NCBI GenBank assembly: GCA_040954595.2
Contig: CM082577.2
Span: 17,766,203-17,830,202 of the forward strand
Length of the DNA: 64,000 nucleotides
From: Balanoglossus misakiensis
Taxonomy: Eukaryota > Animalia > Hemichordata
Direction of reading: 5' to 3'
The notes below the pieces were generated by a model. The model ran no database searches. It saw nothing but the letters and a program-made list of their open reading frames with translations, and was not told the origin of the DNA. This document shows, one piece after another, positions 11,126 through 23,978 of this stretch; positions within the stretch are counted from its first letter, which is position 1; each line of letters opens with the position of its first letter. A program made the position numbers and the translations under genes.

Positions 11126-14100
11126 ATATTTAATTAATTCCTTTCGCACTGGGGCAAATCAATACTATATCATCCGCATATAGCAGATGATTCATACATT
11201 TACCGCCAAGATGACACTAAGCTTGTCAACATAAACTGAAAAAAGACGCGGGGAAAGTATTAAGCTCCCCTGTCTTACACCATTACGAGTATTACAACTC
11301 TCAGATAGAACTGTACTCTCGATGTACATACCAATACACTAAAATACGAATTATAAATTTATGAATTCCTCTGTCAATCAGCTTGCGAAATAAGGTCCAG
11401 TGATTTGCCTTTGTCGCATCTAGAAAACAAAGAAATACAGGGCTGTTATGACGCTTGTAAAAATCGATAATTTCTTTCAGTAGGAACACACACATATCAG
11501 AAGAGTGATCTTCCTTAAATCCAAATTGATGATCACTGGTTTAAAGCATGTTGTCACATTTATCTACGATAATGATTTCGTACATTTTAGAAATTGTGGT
11601 GGCAATCGCTATTGGGCGATAATTCCCAGAGTCTGTGAAGTCACTGATTTATTTTTGATGAGTGGCACAAGAATGGTGTCCATCATACTAGAGGGGAGGT
11701 AACAATGAATATGTACAGCTGTAAACATCATGCGCAAAAGAATATGTAAACGAGAATGAGCAAACTTCAAGTGTTCAGCTGATATGCCATCTGGCCCGAT
11801 TGCTTTGCCATTGGCCAATTTATCTAAGAAATTGCTTATGGCACCTGGGGAGAAAGAAACTGCCAAAATATGCTTACGCACAAAGCATTCATTGCTGTTA
11901 TTGGTAACAGAGGCTGATCGCGCCAAAACCTGGCAATATCATGCTGACCATTATTACCATGAATAGATGATGAAAAGAAGACTTCTTTTTACTGTTTACA
12001 TTTTTCCAAAACTGCTTGACATTATTATCAGCAAGGTTATCAGCTAAGGCATCAGCTCTAATTTGAGACTCACTACTCTTACAATTCTTAAAAGCATATT
12101 TAAACTTAGCACAGGTTTTTCTCATAAGATCAAATATCGGGCCTTGACGTGACTGCCCAAGTCCCGCCACAACAAAAAAGCATCCCATTAAATTTTGGGA
12201 TCATAAATTTTGCGCATTTGCTATAATTGTAGTTGCTATAACAACTATACTCTTTTGCACCACATCCTGGACGCCAGAAACCAATGTTTTTCTTTCTTTG
12301 TCTCACAATTAGGCATTCTGAAGTTGATGCACACACACAAACAAACACACTTGTTGACGATATGAACCCCTGCACAAAAATAAAGAGTAGAAGTTACAGA
12401 TTTATTAACAAAAGGAAAAGCACACAGCAGTATTTACAAATCAGAAATAAAATTGTAAACAACCTTCTATTAGCACCGGTAGATATGTTTCCTACGTCTT
12501 CTTTGACAATTATTTGGACAATTTTTATTTGTGTGTTATAAGAATGTTTACATTATTGATTGGTATAATGGTGACAATAATGCACATTAAAAGGTCTATA
12601 ACATATGTAGTAAATGCTTCGGTGGCACTATTTGGTCAATACAAGATTTTATTCCATAAATGTTAGCCCTACACAAAACTGTGTGGGTTGATTTGTGAAA
12701 TCTGTCAGTTAGCAGAAAGAGTAAACAGAAGAACACAAAAAGGTTTATGGAATTCTACCATACCACCTGCCATGTAAAAGACCTCTTAGGTCTGCAGGGC
12801 CGGGGAGTTTTACAAAATGGTACGGTTTACTGGTCATAACATACACCTACCAGTATGAGTCCATTTACTATGTTATGTCATGAATGTGGCATGTTTTGGC
12901 TCCATCAAAATTGAGTCTGGGCGTATGACGTCACTTTAATGAGTTTTGCATACTTGAATAGCATCTGTGAAATGTGATGAGCAGAAATTCCCTCGTCGAG
13001 TATCAGAGAGAGAGAGAGAAGAGACTTGTAGTGGAGTTCCTGGGTTTGATTCCTAGCCTAGCGTTTTGCCATTTGTTATCTAGTGAAAACAAAATGTGTG
13101 CACAGAAATCAAAGTTCACCCAAAGTTATATTATGGCTTAGTCGTGATGGAGGAACCGACTGTTTATAATAAAGAAAGTGTCAGTTTCTAACAATGAAAG
13201 AAATGACAAGACAATCAGTTATGGAAAAAATAATATAAAAAGTTACAAAAATATGCCCGTCTACATTTATGCAAAATATACATATATACAAGATTAATAT
13301 TTGGAAATCATTACAGAGATTGAAAATCTTAGCCAGTATCTCATACAAAGCTACGTCAAATGTTAGAAAGTCGTGCAAAGAACATTGGCAAGTAAGTCGT
13401 TATTAAAAGTCCAATTCAAAGATTTATATTTACGATGAGTATGATGAATCATCACTTAGAGAAGTACCTTTATGGGCAATGAAATCTGAATAGGAAGTCA
13501 GCAATACTCTATACCTTGGTTGAGCTATTATCATAAAATGGTAGACTAGAAACTCTTATAACAAGTATTAAAATATATACCAACTGTTGACAGTTGAAGT
13601 TGTGATTTTAACATGGTAAAAATCAGCACACTGGCTGTCACCTCATCTTGAAAGGCACAAATAGTTTTGGATACGAAGTGTCTATCAGTTACACTGTGTT
13701 CTGTTGTTGTAGTACTGTTATGTTTCAGGTCCGTGTGTGATAATAATAATTCTGGAGAGCATAATAAAAAGCTCCAGTAAATTCTTTTGATTTAAAAGAG
13801 GAATGCAATTTTTAAAATCTCCTGCATGTGACCATGCTCTCTACATTAAACAAACCAGTGTGATTCTGAATATGGTGCTACACATTTTTGGTTTATGCGA
13901 AAACTGATCGTAAATTCCTATAACAAATCTTTAATGTTTATGTGTATGTAAAAGCAGGAATAAAAGCTGGCAGACTCTCCTTGCAATGTCATGTTGTTAA
14001 GCTAAAATAAGAAAATGTTAATCTATAACCAATTGATTGCCTTTATCAGTGTAATTAAAACATTACACCTGGATAACAAATATCAATGCAACCACATATA

Positions 14101-14636
14101 ATGATAGGTTTCTTCATTTAGCAATGATTGTAAGTGTTCTTAATATTGCAAATAATAACAGTACTGCTTATTTATTAAGATTGCTAACACCTATAACAAC
14201 ATAAAAATTGATCACTCTCTTTATGTTGCAGTCTGAGATTTATCTTCTTGAAACATATTCTTGCTTGTTTTTAGTCTTTTGCTCTATGAGTATTCATTCT
14301 CTTCCATTAAAACTGATTTACGATTCTTCATTTTTACTTCAGCTTAGTGACCACTTCTACCATTGTCTATCTAAATTTCAGTAATTAATGATCAGCCACT
14401 AATACTGTTTTATTGTTGCAATAAACACCTTCTGGATGAGTAGACATCTTGTACAAACACAAAATGAATCCTTAAAAATGATTGTAATTAAGAAGTCTTC
14501 AAGTATGCACTTGATACCAGTTACAGCAAACTGGCCAACACTAAAAGTCTGTGTATATTTCACACATAAAATTATTGTTATCTGATAATTGGTCACTTTC
14601 AACGATACCCGTTAATTGGTTTTGACAGATGTTCTA

Positions 14637-14763
14637 TTAATTAGTATTCAGATTGATTGGTCCTTTGCGTTGTGGTTGAAGATCACCTGGTGAAAGGAAA
14701 GGGGGCACTTTTTCTGGGCATCTTCCTGTTCCTGGAAATATCATACAATGGAACGAGCGCAGT
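14637..14763 (-). CDS. fng: Fringe exon 10 (last coding)
   Basis: tttcag|A; (R)LRSFHCMIFPGTGRCPEKVPPFLSPGDLQPQRKGPINLNTN* (cf. fringe RF.S.HC.LYP.T.WCP). Confidence 0.88.
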
Positions 14764-15355
14764 CTGAAAAGAAAGAACACAGAACAAAATCAATTGGATG
14801 ACTATATTTGTATGATTATGATACCCTACTCAAACATAAGACCCCTAATCAATGACAACTTCATTTGAACAAAAATCCCATCTACATTTTGTATCAAACA
14901 GCTGTCTGCTGTCCACAATTTAGAGGTTTCCACTTTGATCAGGATGCAGACACATTGTTTACAATGAAAACAAATTGGGAGTAAACAAAAATAACAAACA
15001 TAGCGCCAATGACACATTGGTCCCATAGGAATAAAAATCACATGAAATTGGCAAGCAGACATGACCTAACCATATATAAAAATGGAAATGTAAATTGATA
15101 CAAGTGACCTAACAGTCAATACAGCTGCTATGTGATACTTTGCATTATAAACAAGATAAACTACTTCCTAGTGAAATGGTGCACTTCTCTTGAGACTGAG
15201 ACAAACATGACAGCAATGCCCAAAAGACAAATTTGCAAAGAGACTGAAAACATTTTGAATATGAATAGATGATGTAGTGCATAGTCATTTTTCACATCAT
15301 TAAAGTAATTGCTGGACTTGACTGAATAAAATATCGGCGTCTAGTGGGAACTCAC

Positions 15356-15447
15356 CTCGTTGGATCTTCTGCAGTTGGGAATAACGTCTTGTCCAGTGAA
15401 ATGACATTCTTTGCTTTCATATTTCTATTTCCATAACTAAGCGTTAC
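15356..15447 (-). CDS. fng: Fringe exon 9
   Basis: ttaag|GTA..CGAG|gtgag; VTLSYGNRNMKAKNVISLDKTLFPTAEDPT(R). Confidence 0.9.
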
Positions 15448-15569
15448 CTTAAGAGGATAAAACAAATAAAGAGTAGAATGAATAAACAAACAGTCAAAGA
15501 AGATACCTTAGTAATGTATAAACAGTTTAGTCAAAATACATGTCTCTCAAATAGTTGATTTTTAATTAC

Positions 15570-15880
15570 TGAATAGTGGTTAGTGCTGATTGGTTGACAA
15601 AGCATTCTTTTATGAACGCGCACTAAATGTTATCCAATGGCGCTGTGTATTACAGGGACAGAGACTACAACGTGCCCAGACGACAGTTCCAGAGTCATTT
15701 ATTCAATGTTTTTAACGAATTTGGCTAATTTGTGACCGTGTGAGAAATAGAATCTCACACACCAAGGACCTGGGATCATATTTCTCACACTCGTCGGGGA
15801 TATTTTGTCCCACACTCGCCTGCGGCTCGTGTGGGACAAAAAAACCCAACTCGTGTGAGAAATATGGGAGTGTGAGATTA
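15570..15880. mobile_element. Crypton-like hairpin repeat; inverted partial copy at ~40242-40495
   Basis: gtgctgattggttgac start; hairpin with CACTCGCCTGCGGCTCGTG centre (15812-15830); about 170 bp shared with 40247-40412. Confidence 0.6.
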
Positions 15881-16108
15881 TTCCCGGCGTTACACGGACG
15901 TTAGAAGAAGTTAATCGCATCATATTTGGGATCGGTTAGGAGGTAGAAGTAGACAGGGAAAGGAGTTTGCTTCGATAAAATCGAATTTCAACCAAAAAAG
16001 CTGTGGTCCGGGTCCGGACCGCAGAAGCACCAGTTTTGTCTATGGGGCCTTGTAGGGCTGTGGTAGAGGCCGTGTAATGCTGAACACACAGACCTGTACG
16101 CAGAGCTA
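15881..16108. mobile_element. Collapsed or partial copy of the 61729-62281 palindromic MITE
   Basis: Matches the right TIR of that element and ends GACCTGTACGCAGAGCTA; fused to a short left-TIR fragment (ttcccggcgttacacgg). Confidence 0.75.
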
Positions 16109-16963
16109 TGACTTGACCTTCTTTAGCCGAAGTTAGCGTTATTTATAAAATCCTGTCACATTAATGGTTTTGGGATACATGGCAGTGAAATTTGGTTTAT
16201 TTTTTATAAACATTTACATGAAGTACGTCATTTTCCCGACTGGCAGCATGACTACGAGGGCGAACATGACGACTTGTTAGGAGAGTTTATGAATGATCAA
16301 CGACAGTTCATCATTTGTATATGGCTACAGCTCGACGTTTCACTGCTCTGCGAAAACCACTCGCATACGATGACGCCAAACAAAGAAAGATACCATGGGA
16401 TTACATGTAATTGTTCACAAGAGAAAGCCAATCTTTCGTATTCTGTGCGATACTCGAAGTCAACAACAAAATTTCTCCCATCTCCCAGTGCAATTCTTTG
16501 GTCGATGTAACATGCAATCTAATTGGCCGGGTCGTTATGCGCGATTTCAATGGGAGCTTCAGTGAGTGAGTTGGTCAGATGTAGTGTGAGGCGACAGCAT
16601 AAAAAAACCATGTCGCTGTTCCCTACCATATGCCCTGAAAATCACTGCAGCGGCAACACAAGTCGACTGAGATGTTGTTTTAATAAACAGGGCACCTGAT
16701 TTTATCAATCTGGCAATAATAGGCATGTTACAAAATTGGCAACATTGTTTATGCTAAAGCAGACACGAAGTCTTGATTACATTACAGGGTGAATTTATAC
16801 GATGACTTTTGATAGTGATTTCTGGAAACACAAATGTAAAGATAAAATGTGTATTTACTGCCATTCAAGTCTTGTGAAAGAAATATGTCAGTGAATGATA
16901 CACAACTATATCTTTCAAGTTCCAGTAGGGAAATTATCATAGGCTAAAGGTTAAATGTCTCAC

Positions 16964-17058
16964 CTGGTTTGGAAGTTCGATTTTCTTAATCTGCCAAAGA
17001 GCCTCCAGATGTGAATTGAACTCTTTCACTTTTGTAAGTTTTTTCTTCAAAAGAACCT
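16964..17058 (-). CDS. fng: Fringe exon 8
   Basis: ttacag|AG..CCAG|gtgag; EVLLKKKLTKVKEFNSHLEALWQIKKIELPNQ (F.SHLE motif). Confidence 0.92.
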
Positions 17059-17374
17059 CTGTAATAAACAGAAAATTGAAAATCTGACATAAGTGAATAT
17101 GAAAATGTTGAGATATCGTGCTTAGTAAATACAGACAGACACACAACACACACAGAAAGGGTTGATAAGTTGCAGCTCATGGGGCTTTAAAGCACGAGTG
17201 ACTTTTGGACATGCACTAAAGCATACAGCATACTACAGCACATCTATAGTGATTGCACAAGTCCCTTTCACCTTTGGTTCAAAGGAATAATAACATTCAC
17301 CAAAGACACTTCTCCCATATCATGAAAAAATGCAAAGCATTAAAAGTTGCATATCAAAACCAAATAAAACTTAC

Positions 17375-17445
17375 CAACAATAAAACCTATGGTTACATCA
17401 TCTGGAAGACGAATTCTTTGACACATGGAGGTAAATGTACCGCCA
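17375..17445 (-). CDS. fng: Fringe exon 7
   Basis: tttcag|T..GTTG|gtaag; GGTFTSMCQRIRLPDDVTIGFIV (IRLPDD catalytic-base motif). Confidence 0.93.
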
Positions 17446-17767
17446 CTGAAACAAAGCAAATTATAAATATCAGTTTCCGTATGATTCTCAATGGCTAAAG
17501 TTTACCATTAAAAGTTTCCTCAAAACCCCCTCAATATAATGTATGTTATTTTCACAGCAGCAGGTTTCAGATTACAAGTGATCAATGTTGTATGTTATGA
17601 AATTTGTAATCTACACCTTTAGATATTATTCATTACTCAAAAATAAATGACAAAAATCTGTGTCTAAATTGCTTGGTATCTAACTTTTAGAAAATAGCAG
17701 TAGTGACTATTTTAAGCTGTTTATACTACAGAAAGACCATGTGATTTACAACTTATATATAGTATAC

Positions 17768-17853
17768 CTTGCATAGGGACTCATGCGCAGAGCTAATGCC
17801 CGACTAAGACAAAAGCCAGCGCCACCAGTACCAAACCAGAATGAAACACGCCG
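17768..17853 (-). CDS. fng: Fringe exon 6
   Basis: ctacag|CGG..GCAAG|gtata; [28 protein letters not shown]. Confidence 0.93.
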
Positions 17854-17894
17854 CTGTAGGACAATTACAACAAAACAGATTAAGTGAAATCACA

Positions 17895-18430
17895 ATTATA
17901 TTATATCATGCTACCGTCCGCAATTCTGATTGGACGAGAGCTCAATCCAGCGATGCTAAAATACTCAATATAGCACTGCTAAAACTGGCCCCTGAACCAG
18001 CATGGGGCAGCAAAATGTGTGGTTAAACCACAGTCGCGTGTATTTAAACAAAATAAATAAAATAAAAATACTGTTGAATTAACGGACGTTTTATTTTGGA
18101 ACTGCTCTGTGGAAATATTTGTCACTTTTTATCGTCTGCTTCATGTTTAATGCTCGATCCCGGCCGCTCGTGTTTACATTCATCGTCGCCATGTTGGTTC
18201 ACGATCGTAATTTCTCTTTCTGACGCCGTTTCGGTAAGAAAATGACACTGATATGCCACAAAATCAATTGTTGATATAATATAATAGCAATAACCCCCAC
18301 CTCAGTCGGGTATACACTCGATTTGGGTACAATTCGCTCCATATAGCACTCGCCTGACGGCTCGTGCTATATGTCTCGAATTGTACCCAAATCTTGCGTA
18401 TACCCACCTGCGGCGCGGGTTATTGCTTAA
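17895..18430. mobile_element. Crypton-like hairpin element; degenerate partial copy at ~34400-34525
   Basis: tattatatcatg..ctgattggacgag start; hairpin 18285-18428 with GCACTCGCCTGACGGCTCGTGC centre; ends GTTATTGCTTAA. Confidence 0.6.
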
Positions 18431-19061
18431 ATATTTTACAGACAGTCATTAATGTTACCACAGGAAAGCAGTTCAACTAAAAATAAAATACAAGTCATTA
18501 TCAATGACGTAGTCCCCACTTTCAATAGAATAAGAGAACACTGAAGAAAGTCATAGTGTAGTGTTCTCCCAAGAGCAGCGGCCTCCACTCTGCAATTTTT
18601 GGAAAACAATATAAATTCATTCTGCCAGAAATTCCTGGGGAGAACCGTCCCCTGGTGGAATATCAGTCAAGGTATGTCTGCATGATGGCTCTTACAATTT
18701 TCTAATTGAGTATTGCCAATGTACCCAGACTAGTCACTTGGGGAAATATAAGTGGGTGTTGCCAAGTGGCCCTTACTTTCATTGAAACACAATTGACAAA
18801 TGAATCTTTCCTGGTGCTTTTTTTTAAAGTAACAAAGTCATTTGTGTGTGTGTGTGTCACTTAATGATCATGGGTGCATCTTATGATCAAGTATTTATGG
18901 TACATAACAAGTTTCAAAGCAATATGACTAATATTTCTGAAGTTTTTGAAGTGTGACTATTTCTTTACATTTTTCACTTCCTTTGCATATTTTTGCCGAC
19001 TTTCCTACTATTCGTGTATACGTGTCTAGACATGAATAGTAGGTTCATGCATACGTACATA

Positions 19062-19155
19062 CCGTAGTTGCCCGGGTAAGAACCCCTGCTCGGACAAACG
19101 CCCCCCCCCTGGTTTTAGGGCCCATTTGTAGATCGAGGCCATATCCGGTCTAAAG

Positions 19156-19194
<39 letters not shown>

Positions 19195-19695
19195 CCGAAT
19201 ATCCATTAAATTCTTGGAAATTTAATAAAGTGCAATGCAAAAAAGGCGGATTTTCATCCCCAAAGTCACTAAAAGTGAAAAAAAAAATGTATGATGATTT
19301 ACTTTCGCGCTGATTATCGTACCCACCGCGGCCGACTGGCCACGCTGAGTTATATATAGCCGCTCTAGAAAACATGACCTCAGACAGGTCCCTCGGGACC
19401 GTGCCTCGAATTCAACGATCACGTAGATGGACGCGCTGCCGCGTATGAAGTCACCGGAGAGCTTTCCAAAGCGGCCGCGTGGAGCTGCTTCAGTCCGTCC
19501 TCGACGCGAAACACCCAACATTGGAAGATCCCGACTTGGACTCGGAGAATGAACCACTCAAAAATTTGCATAAAAGTCGAGGTGGCCATCCCTCATTTGC
19601 ATAAATCTCGAGGCCATATCCGGGCTAAAGCCCCCCCCTGTTTTTTCGCTAATCTGTTGGCCCAGCACCCGGGGCTCTTACCCGGGCAACTACGG
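19062..19695. mobile_element. TA-inserting MITE (Tc1/mariner/pogo-like, 634 bp)
   Basis: TA|CCGTAGTTGCCCGGGTAAGA...TCTTACCCGGGCAACTACGG|TA; internal poly-C tract and direct repeat cgaggccatatccgg.ctaaagcccc. Confidence 0.85.
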
Positions 19696-19713
19696 TATGT
19701 GCATATGCAATTG

Positions 19714-20049
19714 TGTATGTATGTATGTATGTATGTATGTATGTATGTATGTATGTATGTATGTATGTATGTATGTATGTATGGATGTATGGATGGATGG
19801 ATGGATGGATGGATGGATGGATGGATGTATGGATGGATGGATGGATGGATGGATGGATGGATGGATGGATGTATGTATGTATGGATGGATGGATGGATGG
19901 ATGGATGGATGGATGGATGGATGGATGGATGGATGGATGTATGTATGTATGTATGTATGTATGTATGTATGTATGTATGTATGTATGTATGTATGTATGT
20001 ATGGATGTATGTATGCATGCATGCATGTATGCATGCATGTATGTATGTA
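19714..20049. repeat. (GTAT)n/(GGAT)n microsatellite, left flank of Tc1 element
   Basis: Directly visible. Confidence 0.95.
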
Positions 20050-21828
20050 CAGACCCGCCAATAAGTATTTACGCACCTTGAAAATGTACGTTTGACATGA
20101 AAAATTATTCACAAAATCGATTGACTGTAACTTATTTCCGAAAATAAATAACCTACGGAAGGTTTAACCCATTTTAGTCAACACAGATGTGTTGCCGCGC
20201 CGAATTTGACTGCATACGCGGCGAGTTTTTCGGCCAGTGAAATTTCCTATGGTTATTGCAATGGCGGTATACTCATTAACATCTCATTTGCATCTCATTA
20301 ACTTTTTGCACCATTGTTTCCGTGGATAATTTCCCTCTATTCATATTTAAATCTCCACCAATCAGAGCTTTTAAATATAATTACGATTAAATTTGGGGGC
20401 GGGAAAATCTGCCAGACTTGCTTATGAATATTCTGATCGAGGTCGTCGGAGGTTGCTGCATAATTTTTGCTTGTATACATTGGATCAATGAAATCATGCC
20501 CAAAGTTCGCGAACTTCCTGAGGTCAAATTGAGGCACTGCATAGGCAAGGTTTGAGAAACCGAGAAATCGCAAGGCAGCTTGGAATCACCGAAGGCAGCG
20601 TCAGGTACAACATTCGGAAACTTGTTCAAAATGGTAGCACGGACAATTTACACCGATCTGGACGGCCAAGGCGAACAACAGAACGGGAAGACCGAATGTT
20701 AATACGATCAAGTCTGACGGACAGATTTAAGACGGCCCGTGACCTCCGCGCTAAGTTTCACGAGGATACCGGGAAACTTTTGAGTCTGAGCACAATCAAA
20801 TCCCGATTGTATAGAGGAGCCAGACTCCGTGGATGTGTGGCCAAGAAAAAGCCGAAATTACAACCACGGCACATCGCAGCGCGACTACGTTTCGTCCGGC
20901 GTTACGTGAACTGGACACCTGTTCAGTGGTCCCGGGTTGTTTGGTCGGACGAGTCGAAGTTCACCGTGTATAGGAGCCGGGGGAGAGTTTTCGTTAGACG
21001 GCGACCCGGCGAGGAGTACGAAATTGACTGTATCAGTCCCACAGTGAAGTTTGGTGGTGGTAGTGTTATGGTTTGGGGGTGTTTCTCGGCTGCAGGGGTT
21101 GGTTCACTCGTTCGAGTCGAGAACACTATGAATCGCTGGAAGTACCTAGACATTCTACAAAACGAAATGCTACCACCGGCTTTGAGACTCGTCAGGCTCG
21201 ACTTTGTGTTCCAGCAGGATAATGCCCCTGTACATACTGCCTTGGCTGTGAAATCATTTCTGCAAAATCCCCAGGATTACGGCTACCCGTTCGACAATTT
21301 CACTACATTGGAGTGGCCAGCCCAGTCTCCAGATTTGAGCCCCATCAAGAACCTGTGGGAGTTAATCGACTTGGACGTTCATTCCCGTCCAATTCACAGC
21401 AGCGACGACCTGTTTGACCGCATTGTAACATCGTGGGAACAATTCCAGCAAAATATGTGTCGGAAACTCGTCGACACTATGCCCAAGCGCCTGCGAGAGG
21501 TCATCAGGAGAAGGGGTGGACATACTCATTATTGACAGTTGTTACGTTCGATTTCACCTCATGAATATTTATGACGTTCTTTGCATTGTTGTTCCCATAG
21601 AGAATGGAACGTTTCGCCGACTCCGCCGCATATCTATATTTACGTCAATATTTCTCGCTCAAATTTAATCGCACATGAAAGATTTTCGCTGTACAACTGT
21701 TGTTTCTCGTGAATTTATTAAATATTTTTGAATTTTCGCTAAAAACTGTCTGCAAGGTGTGTTATTTCATGTTTCATAAACGTTTTCACTGCAGAACATG
21801 GGTGCGTAAATACTTATTGGCGGGTCTG
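20050..21828 (+). mobile_element. Tc1-like DNA transposon (1779 bp)
   Basis: Perfect 28-bp TIRs CAGACCCGCCAATAAGTATTTACGCACC (20050-20077 / 21801-21828); TA at left; at right TA follows four extra TCTG units; encloses a transposase ORF. Confidence 0.95.
20496..21535 (+). pseudogene. Tc1-family transposase, frameshifted near N-terminus, catalytic Glu replaced by Lys
   Basis: ATG 20496 gives MPKVRELPE, then the frame shifts into GQIEALHRQGLRNREIARQLG. HTH region, GRPR, WSDESKF, VMVWGCF, FQQDNAPVH and WPAQSPDLSPIKNLW (E>K at 21347-21349) present; ends GGHTHY*. Confidence 0.9.
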
Positions 21829-23910
21829 TCTGTCTGTCTGTCTGTATGTATGTATGTATGTATGTATGTATGTATGTATGGATGGATGGATGTATGGATG
21901 GATGGATGTATGGATGGATGGATGGATGGATGTATGGATGGATGATGGATGGATGTATGTATGGATGGATGGATGGATGGATGGATGGATGGATGGATGG
22001 ATGTATGGATGGATGGATGGATGGATGGATGTATGGATGGATGGATGGATGGATGTATGTATGGATGGATGGATGGATGGATGGATGGATGGATGGATGG
22101 ATGTATGGATGGATGGATGGATGGATGGATGGATGGATGTATGTATGGATGGATGGATGGATGTATGTATGGATGGATGGATGGATGGATGGATGGATGG
22201 ATGTATGGATGGATGGATGGATGGATGGATGTATGGATGGATGGATGGATGGATGGATGGATGTATGGATGGATGGATGGATGGATGGATGGATGGATGG
22301 ATGGATGGATGTATGTATGTATGGATGGATGGATGGATGGATGGATGGATGTATGGATGGATGGATGTATGGATGGATGGATGGATGTATGGATGGATGG
22401 ATGGATGGATGGATGGATGGATGGATGGATGGATGTATGTATGTATGGATGGATGGATGGATGGATGGATGTATGGATGGATGGATGGATGGATGGATGG
22501 ATGGATGGATGGATGGATGGATGTATGGATGGATGGATGTATGGATGGATGGATGGATGGATGGATGGATGGATGGATGGATGGATGGATGGATGGATGG
22601 ATGGATGTATGGATGGATGGATGGATGGATGGATGGATGGATGTATGGATGGATGGATGGATGGATGGATGGATGGATGGATGGATGGATGGATGGATGG
22701 ATGGATGGATGGATGGATGGATGGATGTATGGATGGATGGATGGATGGATGGATGGATGTATGGATGGATGGATGGATGGATGGATGGATGGATGTATGG
22801 ATGGATGGATGGATGGATGGATGGATGGATGGATGGATGTATGTATGTATGGATGGATGGATGGATGGATGGATGGATGGATGTATGTATGTATGGATGG
22901 ATGGATGGATGGATGGATGGATGTATGGATGGATGGATGTATGGATGGATGGATGGATGTATGGATGGATGGATGGATGGATGGATGGATGGATGTATGT
23001 ATGTATGGATGGATGGATGGATGGATGGATGTATGGATGGATGGATGGATGGATGGATGGATGGATGGATGGATGGATGGATGTATGGATGGATGGATGT
23101 ATGGATGGTATGGATGGATGGATGGATGGATGGATGGATGGATGGATGTATGGATGGATGGATGGATGGATGGATGTATGGATGGATGGATGGATGGATG
23201 GATGGATGTATGTATGGATGGATGGATGGATGTATGTATGGATGGATGGATGGATGGATGGATGGATGGATGGATGTATGGATGGATGGATGGATGGATG
23301 GATGGATGTATGGATGGATGGATGGATGGATGGATGGATGGATGTATGGATGGATGGATGGATGGATGGATGGATGTATGTATGGATGGATGGATGGATG
23401 GATGTATGTATGGATGGATGGATGGATGGATGGATGGATGGATGGATGTATGGATGGATGGATGGATGGATGGATGTATGGATGGATGGATGGATGGATG
23501 TATGTATGGATGGATGGATGGATGGATGGATGGATGGATGGATGTATGGATGGATGGATGGATGGATGGATGGATGTATGTATGGATGGATGGATGGATG
23601 TATGTATGGATGGATGGATGGATGGATGGATGGATGGATGTATGGATGGATGGATGGATGGACGGACGGACGGACGGACGGACGGACGTACGTACGTATG
23701 GATGGATGGATGTATGGATGGATGGATGTATGGATGGATGGATGGATGGATGTATGTATGTATGGATGGATGGATGGATGGATGTATGTATGGATGGATG
23801 GATGGATGGATGGATGGATGGATGTATGGATGGATGGATGGATGGATGGACGGACGGACGGACGGACGGACGTACGTACGTATGGATGGATGGATGGATG
23901 GATGGATGGA
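21829..23910. repeat. ~2.1-kb (GGAT/GTAT)n microsatellite with GGAC/GTAC variants
   Basis: Directly visible; source of the spurious 650-785 aa ORFs in all six frames. Confidence 0.97.
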
Positions 23911-23978
23911 CATGCATGAGGCATCATAAGGGAAACTCCCAGTGGTAAATACCAAATAAGGCAAAAAGTCAGACTTAC

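Larger units (their letters stand above)
8790..12190 (-). mobile_element. Degenerate non-LTR retrotransposon (LINE, clade uncertain), interrupted by later insertions
   Basis: Minus-strand RT remnants GKAIGPDGISAEHLKFAH, CVFLLKEIIDFY..PVFLCFLDATKA, YADDIV (~11165-11182), HSYLGVIF..DDIKRQMR, YCSHLW with stops and frameshifts; 3' AATAAA plus (TTA)n tail near 8794-8810. Confidence 0.8.

Noticed and set aside
19549-20112. Several 120-170 aa ORFs (MYVC/HTYI repeats)
   Set aside because: Same microsatellite artefact.
21767-23964. 650-785 aa ORFs in all six frames (MDGW/HPSI repeats)
   Set aside because: Artefact of a stop-free tetranucleotide microsatellite; only 23979-24126 of the longest ORF is a real fringe exon.
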